A stretch of DNA of 12,217 bases from Okeania sp. (GCF_035285525.1 NZ_JAYKGW010000178.1:1-12217); one strand, 5' to 3'; positions 1 to 6,260 are shown, counted from the first letter of the stretch. The notes: generated from the letters alone by a model not told the origin. A program made the numbers and translations.

Positions 1-352
1 GTGGGAAATATTTTCATTTCTTTAAGCACCCCAAGGAAGAGTTTTGTGTTTCCCCAAATTTTTCTTTCTATTTCTCAGCAACGAAAATTTAGGAATTTTT
101 TCATCCTGTGAAGCTCTAGAAAAAAAAGGTGACAAAATTTTCCCTAGAAGTAATGTGAGAAATATTTTCATTTCTTTAAGCATCCTAAGGAAGAGTTTTG
201 TGTTTCCCCAAATCTTTCCTTCTGCTTCTCGGCAGGGAAAAATTATGAAAATATTTATTCCCTGAAGCTCTCGAAAAAGGGTGGAAGGTTTTGAGGAATT
301 TTCTCCAGGAGGAATGTGGGAGATTTTTCATTTCCGAAAGCTCCTCCAAAAT
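1..352. repeat. Tandem array of a 154-161 bp non-coding unit (two full copies and a truncated third)
   Basis: Read directly. The unit starts GTGGGAAATATTTTCATTTCTTTAAGCA at 1, GTGAGAAATATTTTCATTTCTTTAAGCA at 155, and a truncated third start GTGGGAGATTTTTCATTTCC is at 316. Copies 1 and 2 align over their whole length with scattered substitutions and small indels. The array may continue left of the window edge. Confidence 0.85.
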
Positions 353-446
353 TCGCACTGACCTACTTAACTCCTTATTTTTGCCTGGATATTTACCTAA
401 AACTAGATAGCAATTTTCTGGTACTGCTTAATTTCACCTACCTATT

Positions 447-2456
447 TTATTTAGGTATTTTGCCATTATATATACTACCATTAGGCATAGTTGTGCCCTC
501 TAGATTTGCACCGGTAAAATCAGCACCTTTAATATTTGCTCCGGTAAGATTAGCATTTGCCAGGTTAGCATTTGCCAGGTTAGCATTTGCCAGGTTAGCT
601 TCTTGTAAATAAGCACTTTCTAACCAAGAATTTTCTAGATTAGCTGTCTTGAGGTTAGTCTTTTCTAAGTGAGCGCCAAATAAGTAAGCTTTCCGTAAAT
701 TAGCACCCTCTAAATTAGCATCTTGTAGCCTTGAATATACTAAATGTGCAGTTTCCAAGTTAGCATTTTCTAAATTGACTTGTTGTAACTGAGGTTGAGA
801 TTGAGATTTGTCTCCCATATAGTCATAAGAATTAATTCTAGCACCTTTTAAGTTAGCATTTTTCAAGTTTGCACCAACCAGTATGCTATCACTTAAATTA
901 GCATTTTCTAAATTAGCACCCTCTAAGTTAATGTTTTCTAAATTTATTCCCCCTAGAAAAGCGCCAGATAGATCTGAATTTTTTAGATTCAAATCATTAT
1001 ATTTGTTATTAACAATTTTCCAAACTAAATGCCATTTATGACTGAAGATAGTTTGCTCATTAATTGATGTATGTCGGAGATCAGTTAGTCTTAAGTTAGC
1101 ATTTTTTAAATTAGTATTTTTTAAATTAGTATTTTCTAATATTGCTCCTTGTAAGCTAGCATTTTCAAGATTAGTATTTTCAAGATTAGCGCCTGTAAGA
1201 TCGCATATTATGCATTTTCCTGTAGTCTGAAGCTGATTTATATTTGAGGCAACACATTTATCATCAAAACAAACATTTGGAGACCACCATAATTCCGGAG
1301 TATTATTTAAACTGCTATCTACTGGAATTTGATTTTCTACTGGAATTTGATTTTCTACTAAAACTTTATTTCGTAGACTAATCACTGCTCCAATACTAAA
1401 AGTAGCAAAAATAGCGAGTATAGTTGCTACAATACCAGTAAATTTTTTATCGGCTTGAATACTTCCTTTAATAGTAGAAAAAATTTCCCCTTTCTCCACA
1501 ACACCAACAAACTTTTTATTAAAACTAGCTTCATTTTCAGGAAAAGCAAATATTTTATCTTTTTGAATGATATGAATTTCTTGATTTACAAGTTTTCTAT
1601 TAATATTAACATTAAGTCTATTTTCAGGAAAAGCAAATATTTCCTCATCTCTAAGGAAAGCAATTTCTTTTAATTCTTGCCTAGCTAAAACAGCATTTTT
1701 ATAACGCTTTTTGGAATTATGTTCGACCATTTTAGTCAACCAATTTGCAAAATGCCAATGTAAATTAGGAACTAAATGTTTAAATTTAAACCGATAGTCT
1801 TCATCTAATAATTTATCGATTTCTACACTTCTAGTTCCTGTTAATAAACAAATTAAAGTTACTCCTAAACTATATAAGTCTGAAGCGGTTGTTAATGGTC
1901 GATTAAACATTTCTTCGGGTGGCATAAATCCTGGTGTTCCTGCTGCAATGCTACTTAATGCTAAGTCTCCACCGCGCAATTTTGCTAAACCGAAGTCTAC
2001 TAAATAAACTTGCAGTTTTTCATCGACTAAAATATTTTCTGGTTTAATGTCTCGGTGAATTATTGGTGGTTGAAATTTTTGCAAATATACCAATATTTCT
2101 AAAGCTGAAAGAGTAATTTTTTTGATTTCTTCTGGAGTAAAAATATGTCTTTCTGCTAAGGATGGAGCTGCAATATATTCTGTTACTAAACAAAATCCTG
2201 ATTGGGTTTCAAAGGAGTTTAAGTAGCTGGGTATTTGAGGATGTTTTAATTGTTTGAGGGCTGATATTTCTCGTTGATAAGCTTTGAAAGCTGACCAATT
2301 TTCATCGGCTAGAGCAAATCTAAATTCTTTAATTACTACTTGTTGATTTGCAGTGAGGGATGTTGCTAAATATGTAATTCTTCCGCCTTGTAAGTTATGT
2401 CCTAGTTGTTTGTTTATTTGATAGTTGTAGTTGGTAAAGTCTGGATATTTATTCAT
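447..2456 (-). CDS. Membrane-anchored Ser/Thr protein kinase with C-terminal pentapeptide-repeat domain
   Basis: 669-aa ORF. Hanks-type kinase motifs are visible in the translation: VVIK (Lys43), HRDIKPENILV, DFGLAK, GTPGFMPPE. There is one hydrophobic helix, FTGIVATILAIFATFSIGAVISL (about aa 339-361). The last ~240 aa are A(N/D)LxX pentapeptide repeats, e.g. ANLANANLANANLANANLTGANIKGADFTGANLEG. Confidence 0.9.
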   Translation of the reverse strand: MNKYPDFTNYNYQINKQLGHNLQGGRITYLATSLTANQQVVIKEFRFALADENWSAFKAYQREISALKQLKHPQIPSYLNSFETQSGFCLVTEYIAAPSLAERHIFTPEEIKKITLSALEILVYLQKFQPPIIHRDIKPENILVDEKLQVYLVDFGLAKLRGGDLALSSIAAGTPGFMPPEEMFNRPLTTASDLYSLGVTLICLLTGTRSVEIDKLLDEDYRFKFKHLVPNLHWHFANWLTKMVEHNSKKRYKNAVLARQELKEIAFLRDEEIFAFPENRLNVNINRKLVNQEIHIIQKDKIFAFPENEASFNKKFVGVVEKGEIFSTIKGSIQADKKFTGIVATILAIFATFSIGAVISLRNKVLVENQIPVENQIPVDSSLNNTPELWWSPNVCFDDKCVASNINQLQTTGKCIICDLTGANLENTNLENASLQGAILENTNLKNTNLKNANLRLTDLRHTSINEQTIFSHKWHLVWKIVNNKYNDLNLKNSDLSGAFLGGINLENINLEGANLENANLSDSILVGANLKNANLKGARINSYDYMGDKSQSQPQLQQVNLENANLETAHLVYSRLQDANLEGANLRKAYLFGAHLEKTNLKTANLENSWLESAYLQEANLANANLANANLANANLTGANIKGADFTGANLEGTTMPNGSIYNGKIPK
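550..594. repeat. Perfect 15-bp x3 tandem repeat inside the kinase CDS (encodes ANLAN x3)
   Basis: TTAGCATTTGCCAGG occurs three times back to back at 550-564, 565-579 and 580-594. The repeat is in frame in the pentapeptide region of the minus-strand ORF. Confidence 0.9.
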
Positions 2457-2572
2457 TTTATTAAGTTATTATAGTTAGACTAATTTTGAGTAATTTTTAT
2501 GAAGTTTGGATGTTTTTTTTCTTTCTTATAATTATATAGTCAAGATTTGATAGTTAGTCTAGATAGGGTTAC

Positions 2573-2665
2573 TATAGTCATTCTGATTTAGATTGAGACA
2601 AGGTTTTCTTGCTGTGAAACGGTTTTAGCTGAAAAAGTGTTCCATTCTTATTCAGAATGACTATA
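2573..2665. repeat. 14-bp perfect inverted repeat with 65-nt spacer (hairpin or MITE-like) upstream of the kinase gene
   Basis: TATAGTCATTCTGA (2573-2586) is the exact reverse complement of TCAGAATGACTATA (2652-2665). It lies about 120-210 bp upstream of the kinase start codon at 2456. Confidence 0.7.
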
Positions 2666-2810
2666 TAAGTAATTAATTTAATTTTAAATTTGGTTAAGTA
2701 TAGTGATTAGAGGAGCAATTAATAAGTGAGTGTTTTTAATGGCGATCGCTTTGACCTTCGTAATTTATAATTCCCATTTATAATTCCCGAAAATTAAATA
2801 ATTTGTTCAT

Positions 2811-2882
2811 CAAATCTTTCTTTCTATTTCTCGACAACGAAAAATTATGAAAATATTCATTCCCTGAAGCTCTAGAAAAAAA
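2811..2882 (+). repeat. Dispersed partial copy of the 1-352 repeat unit
   Basis: CAAATCTTTCTTTCTATTTCTCGACAACGAAAAATTATGAAAATATTCATTCCCTGAAGCTCTAGAAAAA aligns, in the same orientation, with the second half of the units at about 56-128 and 210-280. Confidence 0.8.
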
Positions 2883-2904
2883 TCGCGCATCAAAGGATTT
2901 TTGG

Positions 2905-2933
2905 TTGCATCCCCACAAAAATTGTGATATAAT
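2905..2933 (+). promoter_or_regulatory. Candidate sigma70-type promoter with extended -10 and no obvious downstream CDS
   Basis: TTGCAT (2905-2910), a 17-nt spacer ending in TG (2925-2926), then TATAAT (2928-2933). In AT-rich DNA such matches arise by chance, and there is no transcript evidence. Confidence 0.3.
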
Positions 2934-3213
2934 AAAATTTATTGGGGGTTGTTCGCCCATATACATGATTTTTTATTCAACTAAACTTCCAGAGTCAGCG
3001 TAGAGTATAGTTACCTCAAAAAATTGCTTTTTAATTATTACCACTTATTCCATCTCTAGAAAAGATTAAAGATATTCCAAGATAGACAAACATTTATAGG
3101 CAAACCAAACAGCAATATCTTTAAAATTGCTTCTATGTCTATATCTAGATAAATTGAATTGAATTGTTCTAATTATCAGCTAATTAATTTCCCTTTCAAT
3201 CTAGATTTTTAAC

Positions 3214-3395
3214 GTAAGCATTCACCTATTAGCTATCAGGAATAAGACCGTCGCTTTCAAGCTATCGATTATAAATATAAAGTTTTACATTAAGAAAGAT
3301 GTTTATAAATTACAGTATTAAGGATTAGGTTTACATCTCAAACCAAAAACAATACCTGATAGCTGATAGCTGATAACTGACGGCTGAATGCTTAC
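3214..3395. repeat. Interrupted inverted repeat whose right arm is a heptamer (STRR-like) tandem repeat
   Basis: The left arm is GTAAGCATTCACCTATTAGCTATCAGG (3214-3240). The right arm is CCTGATAGCTGATAGCTGATAACTGACGGCTGAATGCTTAC (3355-3395). The outer 11 bp (GTAAGCATTCA / TGAATGCTTAC) are perfectly complementary. The right arm reads as 7-nt periods: CTGATAG CTGATAG CTGATAA CTGACGG CTGAATG. Confidence 0.7.
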
Positions 3396-3571
3396 TTTTT
3401 GAAAGGTAGCAAAAATGCAGTTATTAAAGCAATAGTACCTCCCAATAAACCCCAACCCAACCAAATATTAAAATTCCTACCTCTGCCTTTTGCCACAACA
3501 GCAGCAGCGGTACCAATAACGCAATGCAAAATCATTAATATCCAGAATAATTGCCAGTTCATTTCATTCAT
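3392..3571 (-). CDS. Small two-helix membrane protein (59 aa), hypothetical
   Basis: My own translation of the minus strand gives MNEMNWQLFWILMILHCVIGTAAAVVAKGRGRNFNIWLGWGLLGGTIALITAFLLPFKK*. It has two hydrophobic helices joined by a basic KGRGRN loop. At 59 aa it would be just under the apparent ~60-aa cutoff of the ORF track. The opposite-strand track ORF (3399-3599 +) translates to a much less protein-like sequence. No clear Shine-Dalgarno sequence is present. Confidence 0.5.
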   Translation of the reverse strand: MNEMNWQLFWILMILHCVIGTAAAVVAKGRGRNFNIWLGWGLLGGTIALITAFLLPFKK

Positions 3572-3648
3572 AATTTTCTTTCAAGTATTAGTTATTTGAG
3601 AATTAAGTATCTAAAAATTTTTAACCATCAAAATGAATTATATGGTCT

Positions 3649-3793
3649 GAGGTAATTAATAATTAATAATGTAAAGAGTTTGGGAAATATATAATTTTCT
3701 ATCTAACTCTCTAATGCTTTAATTATAGATTATCAGTTAATGAACATATTTGATTCAATGCTCTCTGTTTTCAGCAGAGGTAATTAATAATTA
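3649..3793. repeat. 17-bp perfect direct repeat (GAGGTAATTAATAATTA) spaced 128 bp apart; member of an AT-rich dispersed repeat family
   Basis: Identical 17-mers lie at 3649-3665 and 3777-3793. The adjacent 25-mer ATAATTAGAGATAGTATTTATTATT (3787-3811) recurs with one mismatch at 10097-10121. A looser relative is at 9857-9900. Confidence 0.7.
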
Positions 3794-4203
3794 GAGATAG
3801 TATTTATTATTCATAGATATTGTACCATCATTTCTAGCTGAATTTGGATTAGCAGCACTAGGAAGAATAATTCCGGCAATAACAATTAATTTTAAATCTT
3901 TTCTGCGAATATTGTCATAATAACTTTGAGATATTTGTTGATGAAAATAATTATTCCAGTACCTAATAGTTTCTCTAGTTTTTAAAGCATGAGAATTATC
4001 AATTTTTCTCCATTCATTAGTTTTTTTTAGGTTGGCTACGGCTAAAAAGCCATTGCCATTCTTTCTAGTAGTCTTTGATTCATTCCTTGAGGAGGCGCAC
4101 CAAACTTGCTGATAATATATAATGCTTCATTGATTAATTTTTGAAATTGTTTAGACTTATCAGACTTAGCAATATACTGAGGAATTTCAGATATTTTGAT
4201 TTC
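3794..4203 (-). pseudogene. Frameshifted, truncated remnant of a restriction-modification-associated gene (N-terminal winged-helix-like module)
   Basis: Two adjacent minus-strand reading frames are involved. 4203-4045 gives EIKISEIPQYIAKSDKSKQFQKLINEALYIISKFGAPPQGMNQRLLERMAMAF followed by TAG. The -1 frame from 4045 down to 3794 gives LAVANLKKTNEWRKIDNSHALKTRETIRYWNNYFHQQISQSYYDNIRRKDLKLIVIAGIILPSAANPNSARNDGTISMNNKYYL*. The frames join at a homopolymer run (5 A on the + strand, 4044-4048), and one extra base would restore ...MAMAFLAVANL... There is no start codon and no ORF of 60 aa or more in the track here. The family assignment is from memory of BsuBI/PstI-type N-terminal domains and is not verified. 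Confidence 0.5.
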
Positions 4204-4395
4204 TTAAAAATCAAAAAGGTAGTGATAATTGTACAGGAATAATTTTTTGTGAAATTTTTTCTGGCGATAATCTGGAAAAAGATTCTAAATAATTCTTAAT
4301 ACTACCTGCTAGATGATTAATAAAAAGTATATTACTTGCCAGAAAAATCCGGAATAATTTTATAAACTAAGTAGAGATTAAGCATACTGGATTTG

Positions 4396-4424
4396 TTGCC
4401 GATAAGTTTAATTCATACTATAAT
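4396..4424 (+). promoter_or_regulatory. Candidate promoter for the 4559 gene
   Basis: TTGCCG (4396-4401), an exact 17-nt spacer, then TATAAT (4419-4424). It lies about 135 nt upstream of the ATG at 4559. Confidence 0.35.
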
Positions 4425-4558
4425 TTTTGACTTAATTAGAAATAAATTAATGGTCTAACTAAAATCTAAAATTTGCTAGAGATAAGATTTGCCAAATTTA
4501 GAAAAAAACGCTATATACTTAGAAGTTAATTTAACTTTAAACTATATTAATAATCACT

Positions 4559-4771
4559 ATGTCAGAAAATCAACTAGAAATCTGCCCAGTTTGCCAAGTC
4601 AAAATAGAAAATGGGGATAAAGTATTATTTTCTTCTGGACCAACTGGTACTCGCTCCAAACTATGGGCTCGTGTCTGTCAATATGTCCAGAAAGATGGTT
4701 GTATCAATCAAGAACCAGATGTAGTTGGAAATGTGATACCCCAGGATTACTATAGCTCAGATATTTCCTAA
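4559..4771 (+). CDS. Small four-cysteine (zinc-ribbon-like) hypothetical protein, 70 aa
   Basis: The ORF has a CPVC pair (aa 9-12) and two later Cys residues (RVCQYVQKDGC). Composition is protein-like and a candidate promoter lies upstream. I cannot assign a family. Confidence 0.6.
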   Translation: MSENQLEICPVCQVKIENGDKVLFSSGPTGTRSKLWARVCQYVQKDGCINQEPDVVGNVIPQDYYSSDIS

Positions 4772-4982
4772 GATACTTTACATCTTTGGTTCTAGTTCTT
4801 TATTATTCAGGATAGGTTATTTCAGTTATTAGGATCTCTTGCTGAAGCTTTATGCTGGAAATACTGAATATGATATTTTATGGCTTCAAAAAATAGATAT
4901 TCAATATTGTACTTAGTATGATATTATATATTATTCGTTGTTGTTAAATAGTGCTGATTTAATCATACAGTGAAATTAAATA

Positions 4983-5771
4983 ATGAATCAGACTGTAGCG
5001 TTTATTGTCGGATGTATTTTAACGGGGGTCTTAATTGTCCTTTCGTTTATGGGTTGGATTGTTTTTGGTAAGTCATCTCCTGATGAGCAGATGAATTTAT
5101 CAATGCCTTCCCCTTTGCCCTCGGTAACATTTTCTTCTTCTCCTAAAGTTTATCCTCCTTCTGGATCTCCCTTACCTCAACCACTACCATTACCATCGCC
5201 CCCACCTATTTCAGTTCCTTCTCTTCCTGATTTTAAGGATTATAAGTTGGAACAAGAAATTAGAAATCAATCTGAACAACAACGTTCAGCTTACGACCAA
5301 CTGAAAACTCAACTACAACAACAATTACTTGATACACAACAGTTGAAAAGTCAGTTAGAACAACAGTGGGGAGAAATACAAAAGCTGAGACTTCAACAAG
5401 ATCAATTAAAGTTGGAAAATGACCGATTATTACTTCAGGTTCAACAACAAGAACGTTTAATTTCGGGTTTAAGTCTACAGCAAGGTATAGATAGTTATAG
5501 TAGAAGATCGTCGAATAGTTCTGCGAATTATTTAGAAAAGGGTTTACTATGGTTTATTGCAGGTATAATTCTAGCTATTTTACTTTTGGGTGGTGGTATT
5601 CTTTTGATCGGAATGATTATTTTATTTGCTCAGCCTCAACGCCGACCTTCTTATAGCAGCAATAAGACTACTACTCAAAATATTAATGTTCCTTGGGAGT
5701 ACACAATTTATGACCAGGAACCAGCTAAATTTTTACCTCCTTATATTGATAGGAATAAACGGATGAAATAA
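4983..5771 (+). CDS. Doubly membrane-anchored proline-rich / glutamine-rich coiled-coil protein, hypothetical
   Basis: 262-aa ORF with, in order:
- an N-terminal hydrophobic helix (VAFIVGCILTGVLIVLSFMGWIVF);
- a Pro-rich stretch (PPSGSPLPQPLPLPSPPPISVPSLP);
- about 90 aa of heptad-like Q/L/E-rich sequence (QLKTQLQQQLLDTQQLKSQLEQQWGEIQKLRLQQDQLKLENDRLLLQVQQQ);
- a second helix (LLWFIAGIILAILLLGGGILLIGMIILFA) followed by a basic RRP segment. Confidence 0.75.
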   Translation: MNQTVAFIVGCILTGVLIVLSFMGWIVFGKSSPDEQMNLSMPSPLPSVTFSSSPKVYPPSGSPLPQPLPLPSPPPISVPSLPDFKDYKLEQEIRNQSEQQRSAYDQLKTQLQQQLLDTQQLKSQLEQQWGEIQKLRLQQDQLKLENDRLLLQVQQQERLISGLSLQQGIDSYSRRSSNSSANYLEKGLLWFIAGIILAILLLGGGILLIGMIILFAQPQRRPSYSSNKTTTQNINVPWEYTIYDQEPAKFLPPYIDRNKRMK

Positions 5772-6001
5772 TGGAGAATTAATAATGGTTAAACCTGTGC
5801 TTGATTGAATATAAGGAAATATCCTAACACTTTTTTTTGGTTAAAAATGAAATGTTTTATATCTTTTTTATTTTTCGGTAAAAATAATGGTGATTTTTTC
5901 AAGAAACTTCATTTTATTAAGTGATATAGTAATTTCAAGTATTTAAAATTACAAATAAGTTTATATATAAAAACTTTAGTTTTGATTATAAAAAAACATA
6001 A

Positions 6002-6118
6002 TATAGCAATCCGTGCGGAGGTTGCGGGTAATCAAAAAGTAAATAAAAAAACTTAAACTCTTGTCTTTTCCCTGTTCCCTAAAAAGCAGTAGGATTTTTG
6101 CAAAAAAGGATTGCTATA
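6002..6118 (+). mobile_element. MITE-like element (about 117 bp) with 11-bp perfect terminal inverted repeats
   Basis: TATAGCAATCC (6002-6012) is the exact reverse complement of GGATTGCTATA (6108-6118). It has no coding capacity. Alignable relatives lie at 6119-6255, 8006-8125 and 10298-10499, with fragments at about 11632-11753. Confidence 0.6.
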
Positions 6119-6255
6119 GCCAACCTACTTATGTTGTAAAATTCAACAACTAGAAATAAGTTCTGAAATTTTTACCTATTACCCACTGCCTCCAAATCTA
6201 TTCCTGAAAAGGAGTAAGATTTTTATACACAAATAATATAATATAAAATTGCTAT
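6119..6255 (+). repeat. Second, more diverged copy of the same MITE-like family, abutting the first
   Basis: CTTATGTTGTAAAATTCAA... and ...AGATTTTTATACACAAATAAT...ATTGCTAT align with copy B (GTTTATGTTGTGAAAAATCAA... and ...AAATTTTTATACACTAATAAAATAGGATTACTAA). Confidence 0.45.
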
Positions 6256-6260
6256 TGCTG

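Noticed and set aside
1-352. Could the tandem array be a CRISPR array?
   Set aside because: The period is about 155 bp, the whole unit is repeated rather than short repeats alternating with unique spacers, and there are no cas genes in the window.
44-612. Track ORFs 44-265 (+) and 316-612 (+).
   Set aside because: The first lies wholly inside the tandem repeat and translates to low-complexity F/I/S-rich sequence. The second starts in the truncated repeat unit and then runs antisense through the 3' end of the kinase CDS. Its RLAFA repeats are just the reverse reading of the pentapeptide codons.
1455-1673. Track ORF 1455-1673 (+), antisense inside the kinase gene.
   Set aside because: It is fully embedded opposite a well-supported CDS, and its F/K/N/I-rich low-complexity translation is typical of AT-rich antisense frames.
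2622-2635. GTTTTAGCTGAAAA, superficially like a Cas9 repeat/tracrRNA motif.
   Set aside because: It is a single occurrence with no array and no cas genes, and it lies inside the 2573-2665 dyad element. The resemblance is coincidental.
2778-2966. Track ORF 2778-2966 (-).
   Set aside because: About 40% of it is the reverse reading of the dispersed repeat copy at 2811-2882. It has no recognisable motifs and overlaps the candidate + strand promoter.
3399-3599. Track ORF 3399-3599 (+).
   Set aside because: The opposite-strand 59-aa ORF gives a far more convincing two-helix membrane protein. The + frame product (PPNKPQPNQ..., then a FISFIIFFQVLVI tail) looks like an antisense artefact. This is not fully excluded without comparative data.
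5814-5838. AGGA-AATA-TCCT mini-hairpin followed by T8 after the coiled-coil gene, as an intrinsic terminator.
   Set aside because: The stem is only 4 bp and is separated from the T-run by 5 nt. That is too weak to call.
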